This document shows, piece after piece, positions 1-9,566 of a stretch of 64,000 bases of DNA; the first letter of the stretch is position 1; each line of letters begins with the position of its first letter. A program made the translations under genes and the position numbers. The DNA lies in assembly GCA_964655055.1 (NCBI GenBank), contig CAZZLI010000003.1:2381-66380 (forward strand), written 5' to 3'. The DNA comes from an uncultured Ferruginibacter sp. Lineage in GTDB: Bacteria; Bacteroidota; Bacteroidia; Chitinophagales; Chitinophagaceae. Below the pieces are notes generated by a model. The model saw only the letters and a list, made by a program, of their open reading frames with translations. It was not told where the DNA came from and did not search any database.

Positions 1-1959
1 GGAGGCATCAATCTGGAAGACATCAAAGCGCCTGAATGTTTCCATATCGAACAGGAACTGAAGAAGCGCCTGAAGATTCCCATCATGCACGACGACCAGC
101 ACGGAACGGCCATCATTTCGGCTGCAGCCCTGCTGAACGCCCTTGAACTCAAGCATAAGAAGATCGAAAAGGTCCGTTTTGTCGTGAACGGCGCCGGCGC
201 AGCGGCCGTTGCCTGTATCAAACTTTATCAGGAACTGGGTGCGAAAGCGTCCAACTTCATGGTGTTCGATAAAAAAGGTATCCTGTACAAAGGCCGTCCC
301 GATGTGGAGGAAATCAAATCGGATTTCTGCTGCGACGAAAAATACCGGAACTACGACCTGGCCAAAGCCATGAAAGATGCCGATGTATTCATCGGGCTCA
401 GTGCCGGCAATGTGCTGACTGCCGAAATGATCGGCAGTATGGCCAAAAACCCCATCGTGTTCGCCATGGCCAACCCCAACCCGGAAATCGATTACGATCT
501 GGCGGTGGCTACACGTAAAGACATCATCATGGCCACTGGCCGCAGCGATTTTCCCAACCAGGTGAACAATGTGCTCGGCTTTCCCTACATCTTCCGTGGC
601 GCACTCGACGTTCGGGCTACCGGAATCAATGAAGCCATGAAACTTGCTGCCGTGAAAGCGCTGGCCCAGCTGGCCAAAGAACCCGTACCCGATATCGTCA
701 ACCTGGCCTACAACGAAAAAACCATTTCCTTCGGAACGAACTATATCATTCCCAAACCGCTGGATCCCCGGCTGCTTTCAACCGTAGCCCCTGCCGTGGC
801 GAAAGCCGCCATGGAAAGCGGACTTGCCCAATCACCCATTACCGACTGGGAGGGTTACCGTCACGCACTCGACAAGCGGCTGGGTATCGACAACCAGCTG
901 AGCAGGGTGATCGGTAACAAGGCGCGGAAAGATCCCAAACGGGTGGTGTTTGCCGATGCCGAAAACAACAAGATCCTCAAAGTGGCGCAGCTGGTGCAGG
1001 AAGAAGGGGTGGGTTACCCGATCCTGCTGGGCGATGAGCAGATCATCCGGCAGATTGCTGCCGAAAACGCCATCGACCTTGATGAGATGCCCATCATCAA
1101 TCCGAAAGACGATGCACATAAACCCATGCGGGAGGAGTTCGGAAAGATCTTCTTTGAGAAGCGGCAGCGCAAGGGCATCAACCGCCACGAGGCCTTCAAG
1201 CTTATGAAAGACCGCAACCATTTCGGATGCATGATGGTGGAAACCGGTGAGGCCGACTGCATGATCAGCGGCATCACCCGAAACTATCCGGATGCCATCA
1301 GGCCTGCCTTGCATACCATCGGCCTTGAGGAAGGGGTGAAAAAAATTGCGGGCATGTATATCCTGTTTACAAAACGGGGTCCGCTTTTTCTGGCCGATAC
1401 CACCATCAACTTCCAGCCTACCGCGGAAGAGCTGGCCGACATCACACTACTGGTGGCCAAGGAAGTGCGGCTGTTCAACATCAAACCGCATATCGCCATG
1501 CTGTCGTACTCCAACTTCGGCAGCAGCGATTCTCCGGAAAGCAACCTCGTGCGCAAAGCCCGCGAAATCGTCAAGCAGAAAGACCCTACGCTGGTCTGCG
1601 ACGGTGAAGTACAGGGCATGCTGGCCTTCAACAAGGAAATCCTGCGCGACAACTATCCCTTTACCGAACTGCTGGAAGGCGAGGTCAACACCCTCATCTT
1701 CCCCAACCTGGCATCGGGAAACATCGCCTACAACCTGCTGCAGGAGATCGGGGGTGCCGATTCCATAGGCCCGGTTCTGCTAGGTCTGAAAAAACCGGTA
1801 CATATCCTGCAACTGGGCAGCAGCATCCGCTCCATCTTCAACATGGTGATCATTGCGGTGCTTGATGCACAGATGAAAAGCGCAGCGAATTCCGCAAAAC
1901 TGCCTGAGAACCGTAAAACCCTCTGGAGAAGGTTCAAAAAAACCAGTCACGATATCTGA
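1..1959 (+). CDS. maeB: NADP-dependent malic enzyme with C-terminal phosphotransacetylase-like domain (5' truncated by window edge)
   Basis: Frame is open from base 1 (GGINLEDIKAPECF..MHDDQHGT). Motifs GAGAA, FAMANP and TGRSDFPNQVNNVLGFP are followed by a PTA-like domain (RVVFADAE, LIFPNLASGNIAY). Confidence 0.96.
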   Translation, partial: GGINLEDIKAPECFHIEQELKKRLKIPIMHDDQHGTAIISAAALLNALELKHKKIEKVRFVVNGAGAAAVACIKLYQELGAKASNFMVFDKKGILYKGRPDVEEIKSDFCCDEKYRNYDLAKAMKDADVFIGLSAGNVLTAEMIGSMAKNPIVFAMANPNPEIDYDLAVATRKDIIMATGRSDFPNQVNNVLGFPYIFRGALDVRATGINEAMKLAAVKALAQLAKEPVPDIVNLAYNEKTISFGTNYIIPKPLDPRLLSTVAPAVAKAAMESGLAQSPITDWEGYRHALDKRLGIDNQLSRVIGNKARKDPKRVVFADAENNKILKVAQLVQEEGVGYPILLGDEQIIRQIAAENAIDLDEMPIINPKDDAHKPMREEFGKIFFEKRQRKGINRHEAFKLMKDRNHFGCMMVETGEADCMISGITRNYPDAIRPALHTIGLEEGVKKIAGMYILFTKRGPLFLADTTINFQPTAEELADITLLVAKEVRLFNIKPHIAMLSYSNFGSSDSPESNLVRKAREIVKQKDPTLVCDGEVQGMLAFNKEILRDNYPFTELLEGEVNTLIFPNLASGNIAYNLLQEIGGADSIGPVLLGLKKPVHILQLGSSIRSIFNMVIIAVLDAQMKSAANSAKLPENRKTLWRRFKKTSHDI

Positions 1960-2019
1960 TCAATACCTCAAGGGAAGCCAATGCGTTATCTTTATCAGGA
2001 AAAATACTGATCGCCGCAG

Positions 2020-2673
2020 ATGAAAAAAATACCGCTGCATAAACTACTGTTGCTGCTTTTTCTGTGTTCAGGTATAGGCTCCTGCAACTCTCCGTATGTT
2101 TCAAAGAAAAGGGGTTATTTCAACATCGACTTCCCCGAACATGCTTACCGCCGTTTCGAGGAAGCGGGCATACCCTACTCCTTCGAATATCCGGTTTATG
2201 CCACCGTAACGCAGGACACCACCTTTTTCGACAACAACCCTGAAAACGACTACTGGCGGAACATCGACTTTCCGGAATTTCACGGCAGGGTGTTCCTGAG
2301 CTATAAACGCATCGGCGGACAGGCGCTTTATAAAATAAAGCAGAACGGGATTTACAAGGATACCCTGGCCGTGAATGTGTTCGATAAGATGGTGGCCGAT
2401 GCCTTCATGCTGACCAACAAGAATGATGTGGTGGCCAATTCCATCAAAGACAGCCTGATCCGCACACCCAACGGCATCAGCGGCGTTTTCTTCAAAGTGG
2501 GCGGTAATGCCGCAACAGCACGTCAGTTCTTCCTGACCGACACGGTAAAACACTTTCTGCGCGGAGCCCTTTACTTCGACAGCACACCCAACAGCGACTC
2601 GCTCGAGCCCGTGCACAGTTTTTTGCAGCAAGACCTTGAGCATATGATCAACACCTTTCGCTGGAAAGACTGA
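2020..2673 (+). CDS. gldD: Gliding motility lipoprotein GldD
   Basis: Lipoprotein signal with Cys; motifs KKRGYFNIDFP, PYSFEYP, GGNAATARQFFLTD, HFLRGALYF. Confidence 0.85.
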   Translation: MKKIPLHKLLLLLFLCSGIGSCNSPYVSKKRGYFNIDFPEHAYRRFEEAGIPYSFEYPVYATVTQDTTFFDNNPENDYWRNIDFPEFHGRVFLSYKRIGGQALYKIKQNGIYKDTLAVNVFDKMVADAFMLTNKNDVVANSIKDSLIRTPNGISGVFFKVGGNAATARQFFLTDTVKHFLRGALYFDSTPNSDSLEPVHSFLQQDLEHMINTFRWKD

Positions 2674-2700
2674 TTGAACCGCATGCCGGACCTATTTGCC

Positions 2701-2708
2701 TAATTTTG
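2701..2708 (+). promoter_or_regulatory. Bacteroidota housekeeping -7 promoter element TAATTTTG
   Basis: Exact TAnnTTTG match 4 nt before the ATG at 2713. Confidence 0.55.
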
Positions 2709-2712
2709 CACC

Positions 2713-3297
2713 ATGATAGCCATCGACCATGTGCTGGTCAGTGATGAAATAATTGATGAACGCTTTGTCTGCGACCTCAGTAAATGTAAGGGCGGATGCT
2801 GTGTTGACGGTGATGCCGGAGCTCCCTTGGCCGAAGAAGAATTGCAATACATCGACGAAGTCATCGCCAAAGTACTCCCCTATTTATCGGATGAGAGTCG
2901 TAGCGAACTGGAGCGCCAGGGCCGGTACACCCACGACAAGGAATTCGGCTGGGTAACCCCCACCATCGGCGGCAGCGTTTGCGTTTATGGAATCAGGGAC
3001 GAACAAGGGGTGGTGAAATGCGGAATCGAGCAGGCGTACCGGGACGGAAAGATCGGCTGGGAAAAACCCATCAGTTGCCATCTCTTCCCCATCAAAACGG
3101 AAAAAAGCCGCAACGGCAAAACGGAATACATGAATTATCTGCCCCGGACCGACCTTTGCAAAGCCGCCTGCAAACTGGGTAAGAAACTCAAAGTACCCGT
3201 TTATGTTTTTCTTAAAGAACCCATCATTCGCAAATATGGTGCAGAATTCTACCAGGCCCTCGAAGCTGCAGCAGAACATCTGGGCAAACAGCCTTGA
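2713..3297 (+). CDS. DUF3109 family Cys-rich protein
   Basis: FVCDLSKCKGGCCVDGDAGAPL, CVYG, KCGIE and KPISCHLFP pattern typical of Bacteroidota DUF3109. Confidence 0.85.
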   Translation: MIAIDHVLVSDEIIDERFVCDLSKCKGGCCVDGDAGAPLAEEELQYIDEVIAKVLPYLSDESRSELERQGRYTHDKEFGWVTPTIGGSVCVYGIRDEQGVVKCGIEQAYRDGKIGWEKPISCHLFPIKTEKSRNGKTEYMNYLPRTDLCKAACKLGKKLKVPVYVFLKEPIIRKYGAEFYQALEAAAEHLGKQP

Positions 3298-3322
3298 GTA
3301 CCACGGAAAAGCAACCTAAGCA

Positions 3323-4144
3323 ATGAACCAATTTGTCCATATCATGAACCCCAGGCACCTCTTTTTTTTCGCCCTGCTTTTTTTGTCGGGCTGCAGCGTG
3401 AACAAGGCCCGAATTGACGATTCGCTGAAGGTGCATTTCGACGAATACAAGATGGAGGGCTGCTTCACCTTCATGAACAACAAAACCGGCAAGGTTACCG
3501 TGTACAATCTGGCACTCGATACCCTGCGTACCCTGCCCGCCGAAACCTTCGATATAGCCGCAAGCCTTATCGGCCTGGAAACCGGAAGGGCAAGCGATGA
3601 AAAAATGAGGCTTAACATCGATACCGCATCGGAACAAACTAAGAACAGCAGCCCCTCGCTGGAAGAGGCCTTCCGCTCCGGAATCAATCCCTATTTCCGG
3701 GAACTTGTTCGCCGGATCGGCAAAGACACGCTTCGGCTCTGGATCGATAGTCTACATTACGGCAATCAGTCAATCGGAGAAAAACCCGACAGCAGCTGGC
3801 TCAACAACGAACTGGCGATTTCTCCCGACGAGCAACTCGGACTGATGAAGCGGCTCTACTTCGATCAGCTTCCCTTCCAGAAAAGAACCCAGCAGCTTGT
3901 GCGCGACATGATGATACGCGAAAACGATACCCGGTACACGCTTGCCTACAAAACCGGCTACGGGCAGGACAAGCAAAACAAGCCCGTAGGATGGGTTACC
4001 GGCTGGATCGAGGAAAACAAACATCCCTACTTCTTCACCCTGCTGATGAAGCCCGGTAAAACGCTTACCGACTCCAACGCCACAGGACTTGAACTGCTGA
4101 AAAAAATCCTCAGCCAATACGGATTTTTCAAGGGCAACATGTAA
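3323..4144 (+). CDS. Class D beta-lactamase/penicillin-binding transpeptidase-fold lipoprotein, predicted catalytically inactive
   Basis: Lipobox LSGC. OXA-like landmarks SLIGLETG, RRIG, WL, ISPDEQ, LPF, KTG and GWVTGW are present, but STFK reads ETFD and SxV reads GIN. Confidence 0.8.
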   Translation: MNQFVHIMNPRHLFFFALLFLSGCSVNKARIDDSLKVHFDEYKMEGCFTFMNNKTGKVTVYNLALDTLRTLPAETFDIAASLIGLETGRASDEKMRLNIDTASEQTKNSSPSLEEAFRSGINPYFRELVRRIGKDTLRLWIDSLHYGNQSIGEKPDSSWLNNELAISPDEQLGLMKRLYFDQLPFQKRTQQLVRDMMIRENDTRYTLAYKTGYGQDKQNKPVGWVTGWIEENKHPYFFTLLMKPGKTLTDSNATGLELLKKILSQYGFFKGNM

Positions 4145-4204
4145 CCTCCTTGCAGGACCCCGCTGCAGCTTTTTTTGTTGTTACTTTGCAGCCACAATCA
4201 TCTT

Positions 4205-6229
4205 ATGCAAGCGTATTGCGCATCACTCACAAAAAGAATCCGGCTGCTTACCCGCGAAGTGCGAATCGGTGATCTGCTGTTGGGTGGCCAGCATCCCATC
4301 CGGGTGCAAACCATGACCACCACCGACACCATGGACACGATTGCCACGGTGGAACAATGCATCCGCTGTATTGAAGCCGGTGCCGAACTGGTACGCATCA
4401 CCGCGCCCTCCAAAAAAGAAGCCGAAAACCTGCTGCAGATCCGCAACGAACTCAGAAAGCGGGGATATACCACGCCGCTTGTGGCCGATATCCACTTCAC
4501 CCCCAACGCTGCGGAAATCGCAGCACGCATCGTGGAAAAAGTGCGGATCAACCCGGGCAATTATATCGACAAGAAAAAATTTGAGCAACTCGAATATACC
4601 GATGCCGAATACGCCGAAGAAATCGCGCGCATCCGGGAAAAATTCACGCCGTTGGTCAACATCTGCAAGGAACATGGCACCGCCATGCGCATCGGCACCA
4701 ATCATGGCAGTTTGAGCGACCGGATCATGAGCCGCTACGGCGATACCCCGCTGGGCATGGTGGAAAGCGCCATGGAATTTCTTCGGGTAGCCCGCAGTCT
4801 TGATTACCACCAGATTGTGCTGAGCATGAAAAGCAGCAATCCGCAGGTTATGGTTCAGGCATACCGGCTGCTGGTGAGCACGATGCTGGAGGAGTTCGGC
4901 GAATGCTACCCGCTGCACCTGGGTGTTACCGAAGCCGGCGACGGGGAAGACGGCCGCATAAAAAGCGCCATCGGCATCGGAACCTTACTGGAAGACGGCA
5001 TCGGCGATACCGTTCGTGTAAGCCTTACCGAGGATCCCGAATTCGAGATTCCGGTTTGCCGCGATCTGGTAAAACGCTATGCCCTTCCCGCCGGAAACGA
5101 ATTCTCCGGAATACCGGCTGCACCTGCCTATCATCCCGTTCCGGAGATCAAAAAGCTTACATACAATCCCTTTGCCTATTCCCGCAGAAAGACCTTCGCC
5201 GTGGAAAATATCGGTGAAGGCCGGGTTCCTGTCGTGATTGCCGACCTCAGCGATGTTGATGGCATAAAACCTTCAACCCTGGAAAGTGTGGGATATACCT
5301 ATGATGCCGTATCCGACAAATGGAACATCAGCGACAGTGCCGCCGATTATATTTTTACCGGCCATACGCTCATTGATTTCGGGCTGCCCGGCTCGCTTAA
5401 AGTATTGGTTTATCCGGCTGCATGGAAACAGGCCGGCCAGCCGCAGAAATATGTGCCGCTGTTTTCCGCCAAGGGATATACCGAATCGGAGGAACGGCAC
5501 AGCACCCTGAATTTCGTGATGCTCGATTGTTTCAACGACAATACCGCCATCAACGATTTCACGTTTCTGGAAGAACTTGCTAACGACCCGGCCGTGGTGC
5601 TTTGTCTGAGCAGCCGGAATGTGAATGCCGTACAAAGTATCCGGCGCATGTGCGTTGCCTTGCAGGAACGGGATATCCGCAATCCGATCATCCTGCTCTG
5701 CGACAGCAACTGGAAGACCCCCGACGAGCATCTGATCCATTTTGCCATTGAAACCGGCGCCTTGCTGCTGGAAGGCTTCGGCGACGGCATCTGTCTGGGA
5801 TACGGTCCGAATGCGGGCATGGACAACATCACGGTCAAAGGCCGCACCTATCTCGAGGTAAAAAACAAGTACCAGTTCACCAACAATACGGCCTTCTCCA
5901 TCCTGCAGGCCGCGCGCACCCGGATTTCCAAAACGGAATACATCAGTTGCCCGAGTTGCGGACGTACGCTTTTCGACCTGCAGGAAACCACGGCCAAAAT
6001 CCGGGCAGTGACCCATCACCTGAAGGGCGTGAAAATCGCCATCATGGGATGTATTGTGAATGGTCCCGGTGAAATGGCCGATGCCGATTTCGGTTATGTG
6101 GGAAGCGGTACCGACAAGATCACCCTCTATCGCGGAAAGGAAGTGGTAAAAAGAAATATCGACAGCAGTGTAGCGGTGGACGAACTTATTTCGCTGATCC
6201 GGGAGAGTGGCGCCTGGGTAAATCCTTAA
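4205..6229 (+). CDS. ispG: (E)-4-hydroxy-3-methylbut-2-enyl-diphosphate synthase, long (three-domain) form
   Basis: RVQTMTTTDT, LVADIHF, RINPGN, RIGTNHGS, HLGVTEAG and the [4Fe-4S] motifs ISCPSCGRT and MGCIVNGPGE. Start moved to ATG 4205. Confidence 0.96.
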   Translation: MQAYCASLTKRIRLLTREVRIGDLLLGGQHPIRVQTMTTTDTMDTIATVEQCIRCIEAGAELVRITAPSKKEAENLLQIRNELRKRGYTTPLVADIHFTPNAAEIAARIVEKVRINPGNYIDKKKFEQLEYTDAEYAEEIARIREKFTPLVNICKEHGTAMRIGTNHGSLSDRIMSRYGDTPLGMVESAMEFLRVARSLDYHQIVLSMKSSNPQVMVQAYRLLVSTMLEEFGECYPLHLGVTEAGDGEDGRIKSAIGIGTLLEDGIGDTVRVSLTEDPEFEIPVCRDLVKRYALPAGNEFSGIPAAPAYHPVPEIKKLTYNPFAYSRRKTFAVENIGEGRVPVVIADLSDVDGIKPSTLESVGYTYDAVSDKWNISDSAADYIFTGHTLIDFGLPGSLKVLVYPAAWKQAGQPQKYVPLFSAKGYTESEERHSTLNFVMLDCFNDNTAINDFTFLEELANDPAVVLCLSSRNVNAVQSIRRMCVALQERDIRNPIILLCDSNWKTPDEHLIHFAIETGALLLEGFGDGICLGYGPNAGMDNITVKGRTYLEVKNKYQFTNNTAFSILQAARTRISKTEYISCPSCGRTLFDLQETTAKIRAVTHHLKGVKIAIMGCIVNGPGEMADADFGYVGSGTDKITLYRGKEVVKRNIDSSVAVDELISLIRESGAWVNP

Positions 6230-6239
6230 TTCGGCTGAT

Positions 6240-6941
6240 ATGAAAGAACGGCTTGGACCGGTATTGTTTTTCTGCCTGCTGGGTCTTCATCTGGCTGCAA
6301 TCATCAACCATATTCCCTGGCTTGGCTGGGCCACCAAGCCCCTGCTGGTTCCGGTACTGGTGTTCTGGCTGCTTCAATCGACATCAGGTGTAACCAATCC
6401 CCTGAAAATCCATGCCCTATCGGCCTTGCTGTTCTCATGGGCCGGCGATGTACTGTTGATTTTCGTACCCATAAGCGCCTCCTTCTTTCTTGCAGGCCTT
6501 ACCGCCTTCCTGATTGCCCAGCTCTTTTATCTCTATTGTTTTTTACAACTCCGCAAAGCGCAGCAGCTCCCGTTTCGATTCTGGCTCCTGATTCCCGTGG
6601 GCATTTTTTGTACTGCTGTATTGTACCTGCTGACTCCCTGGCTGGGAGCGCTGAAAATTCCAGTCATGGTGTATGGAACCATCATCAGCCTTATGCTTTT
6701 CGCTGCTCTTCAACTCGGATTTTCACCCAGGCGGAACCGGCTGATTGCCGGAGGCGCGGCCCTCTTCGTGTTTTCAGATATTATGCTGGCCTGGAACAAG
6801 TTCCGTGCTCCGGTTTCGGGAGCGGATGTATTGATCATGCTGAGTTACGGCATTGCACAGTATTATCTGTGCCGGGGAATAATCGGCAATCTGAATGATC
6901 TTGAAGTCCGGAATAAGCCGCTCAACAAAACAACGAACTGA
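6240..6941 (+). CDS. Lysoplasmalogenase / YhhN family membrane protein
   Basis: Multi-TM protein with TKPL, FSWAGDVLL, F.AGL.AFLIAQ, PV.VY..II..M, GA.LFV.SD and SYG.AQ. Confidence 0.85.
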   Translation: MKERLGPVLFFCLLGLHLAAIINHIPWLGWATKPLLVPVLVFWLLQSTSGVTNPLKIHALSALLFSWAGDVLLIFVPISASFFLAGLTAFLIAQLFYLYCFLQLRKAQQLPFRFWLLIPVGIFCTAVLYLLTPWLGALKIPVMVYGTIISLMLFAALQLGFSPRRNRLIAGGAALFVFSDIMLAWNKFRAPVSGADVLIMLSYGIAQYYLCRGIIGNLNDLEVRNKPLNKTTN

Positions 6942-6942
6942 C

Positions 6943-8556
6943 ATGCGTACCGATTTTCTGGTTATCGGCAGCGGAATCGCCGGACTGACCTTTGCCTTGA
7001 AAACAGCCCGTGCCTTTCCCGACAAGACGGTGACGGTTGTTACCAAGGCCAGCAGCGACGAAACCAATACCAAATACGCGCAGGGTGGTGTTGCCGGTGT
7101 GATGGATGCCGACAAGGACAGTTTCGAACAACATATTGCCGATACCCTTACCGCGGGCGACGGACTCTGCAACGAATCGATTGTGGAAATTGTGGTGAAG
7201 GAGGGGGTTGAACGCATCCGCGAAATCATTGACTGGGGTGCCGAGTTCGACCGGGCAGCCGACGGTGATTTCAAACTCGGCAAGGAAGGGGGGCATAGTG
7301 CGTACCGGATCCTGCACCACAAGGATGTCACCGGGAAGGAGATGGAGCGGGCCCTGCTGGATAATATCAACCGGCAGCCGAATATCCGGCTGATCAGCCA
7401 TTGTTTTGTATTGGACGTGATCACCCAGCATCATCTGGGCTTTCTGGTCACCAAAGCCACACCCGGCGTCCGCTGTTACGGTGTCTATCTGCTCAATCTT
7501 GAAAACAGCAAAGTGGAAACATTGCTGGCTGACATCACACTGCTCGCAACCGGAGGCAGCGGACAGGTGTACCGAAGTACCACCAATCCTGCAATCGCTA
7601 CCGGCGACGGTATTGCCATGGTGTACCGGGCAAAGGGACGGATCGAGAATATGGAGTTCATCCAGTTCCACCCTACCGCACTCTACGAACCGGAAGTAAA
7701 GGGGCATTCCTTCCTGATCACCGAAGCGGTGCGCGGAGACGGGGGCATACTCCGGAACCAGCAGGGAGAGGCATTTATGGAGCGCTACGACCCGCGCAAG
7801 GATCTGGCTCCGCGCGATATCGTGGCCCGGGCCATCGACAATGAAATGAAGATCAGCGGTACCGAACATGTGTATCTTGATTGCAGGCATATGGACAAGG
7901 AAAAGTTCATCGGCCATTTTCCCAACATCTATGAGAAATGCAGGAGTATCGGCATCGATATCGCCCAACGCATGATTCCGGTTGCGCCAGCCGCCCATTA
8001 CAGTTGCGGGGGCATCAAAACCGATGAATGGGGCCGCACCAGCATCAACAATCTCTATGCGGCGGGAGAATGTGCGAGTACCGGACTGCACGGCGCCAAC
8101 CGGTTGGCCAGCAACAGCCTGCTCGAAGCGATGGTATTCGCCCACCGGGCCTTTGAGGATGTATGCCGTACGGTGAATCAGGAGCAGGGCAAAGCCCATG
8201 CGGAAAATCAATGCTTCCCCGAGTGGAAGACGGAGGGCACCAATGCCCCTAAAGAAATGATCCTGATCACCCAAAGCCTTAAGGAGCTCAAGATGCTGAT
8301 GAGCGACTATGTGGGTATTGTGCGCAACAACGAGCGTCTGGCCCGGGCCATGCGGCGTCTTGACCTGCTGTTTGAGGAAACCGAACTGCTCTACCAGCGA
8401 ACCATCGTATCGCCACAGCTCTGCGAACTGAGGAACATGATCACGGTTGCGTATCTGATTGTAAAATGTGCCATGTTCCGAAAAGAAAGCCGGGGATTGC
8501 ATTACAACACCGATTTCCCCGACCGTTCAGATCAGTTGCAAAATATAGTCTGGTAA
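6943..8556 (+). CDS. nadB: L-aspartate oxidase
   Basis: VIGSGIAGL, YAQGG, KEGGHS, MEFIQFHPT, LITEAVRG, APAAHY.CGG, STGLHGANRLASNSLLE, ESRGLHY. Confidence 0.95.
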   Translation: MRTDFLVIGSGIAGLTFALKTARAFPDKTVTVVTKASSDETNTKYAQGGVAGVMDADKDSFEQHIADTLTAGDGLCNESIVEIVVKEGVERIREIIDWGAEFDRAADGDFKLGKEGGHSAYRILHHKDVTGKEMERALLDNINRQPNIRLISHCFVLDVITQHHLGFLVTKATPGVRCYGVYLLNLENSKVETLLADITLLATGGSGQVYRSTTNPAIATGDGIAMVYRAKGRIENMEFIQFHPTALYEPEVKGHSFLITEAVRGDGGILRNQQGEAFMERYDPRKDLAPRDIVARAIDNEMKISGTEHVYLDCRHMDKEKFIGHFPNIYEKCRSIGIDIAQRMIPVAPAAHYSCGGIKTDEWGRTSINNLYAAGECASTGLHGANRLASNSLLEAMVFAHRAFEDVCRTVNQEQGKAHAENQCFPEWKTEGTNAPKEMILITQSLKELKMLMSDYVGIVRNNERLARAMRRLDLLFEETELLYQRTIVSPQLCELRNMITVAYLIVKCAMFRKESRGLHYNTDFPDRSDQLQNIVW

Positions 8557-8598
8557 AACATTCTTGCTCAGGCATGTGGCATTGAAACACAGCGAAAC

Positions 8599-9495
8599 AT
8601 GTACTACGTCTTATACGCCCTGCTTTGGCTGATTTCAAAAATCCCATTCTTCGTACTGTATCCGGTAAGCAGTGCTGTGGCGTTCATGCTCCATCATATA
8701 CTGGGTTACCGCAGGAACATCGTGATGGGCAATCTGGCCATCGCCTTTCCGGAAAAAAGCCAGGCAGAGCGAAAACGAATCGCCGGACAGTTTTATCGCA
8801 ACCTGACCGACACCTTTATCGAGAGTATCAAAATGCTCAGCATGAGCAAAGAAGATTTCCTGAAGCGGTGTCCATCCGATTTCAGTGTTATCGATGAACT
8901 GATCCGAAAGGGCAAAAGCGTGCAGTTGATGATGGGGCATCAGATGAACTGGGAGTATGCCAACTGGGTGCTTGCACTGAACCTTCAAACCACCTTCATC
9001 GGCATCTATCAACCTATCGGTAACAGGGCCATCGACAGGATCTTCATCCGGTTGCGGGGGCGATTCGGCACGAAACTCATTTCCACACGGGAATTCAAAG
9101 ACAAGGCGCATCATCTCTTCAACCAGCAATATGCAATTGGTCTTGGCGCCGACCAGAACACCCATCCAGGAAAAGGGGTCTGGCAATATTTTTTCAGCAA
9201 ACCCACTCCATTTATCGAAGGCCCCGAAAAAAATGCAATCCGGAAAAATATGGCAGTCGTTTTCGTTTTTATACAAAAAACCAGACGGGGAAGCTACCGG
9301 TTCTGTACCGATTATGCCATTATCGATGCCGGCCAAACGGCACCGGGAGAACTGACACGGATGTACCGCGATGCATTAGAAAAAATCATCCGGCAGCAGC
9401 CCCCTAATTATCTCTGGAGCCACAGAAGGTGGCGGCATGATTATCAACAGGAATATGCGGCAGCGTGGATCGATAATAGAAATCCTCCGTGTTGA
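8599..9495 (+). CDS. Lipid A biosynthesis acyltransferase (LpxL/HtrB-like lysophospholipid acyltransferase family)
   Basis: N-terminal TM, V..NLAIAFPE, H..NWE (HX4D/E-type), ADQ, P..YLWSHRRW. Confidence 0.88.
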   Translation: MYYVLYALLWLISKIPFFVLYPVSSAVAFMLHHILGYRRNIVMGNLAIAFPEKSQAERKRIAGQFYRNLTDTFIESIKMLSMSKEDFLKRCPSDFSVIDELIRKGKSVQLMMGHQMNWEYANWVLALNLQTTFIGIYQPIGNRAIDRIFIRLRGRFGTKLISTREFKDKAHHLFNQQYAIGLGADQNTHPGKGVWQYFFSKPTPFIEGPEKNAIRKNMAVVFVFIQKTRRGSYRFCTDYAIIDAGQTAPGELTRMYRDALEKIIRQQPPNYLWSHRRWRHDYQQEYAAAWIDNRNPPC

Positions 9496-9510
9496 TTCGA
9501 TTCAAGGCAT

Positions 9511-9547
9511 AAAAAAGCGGATGCAGGCAGGCATCCGCGGTATTTTT
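9511..9547. terminator. Intrinsic terminator between convergent acyltransferase and ArsR genes
   Basis: Stem GCGGATGC (9517-9524) / GCATCCGC (9531-9538), 6-nt loop, A-run on the left and T-rich tract on the right. Confidence 0.7.
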
Positions 9548-9566
9548 TGATTGTTGCCGGTGTTGT

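Noticed and set aside
3323-4144. Functional OXA beta-lactamase resistance gene
   Set aside because: Catalytic Ser and Lys of STFK and the Ser of SxV are absent; kept only as a pseudoenzyme finding.
4205-6229. Unusually long IspG as a novelty
   Set aside because: The inserted extra domain is the known long-form IspG of Bacteroidota, Chlamydiae and plants.
6922-8502. 526-aa antisense ORF over nadB, and similar long shadows (47999-49702 over rpsA, 31706-32977 over leuS, 26257-27360, 51421-52581)
   Set aside because: They mirror well-supported genes on the opposite strand, show no family motifs, and are expected from GC-rich third codon positions.
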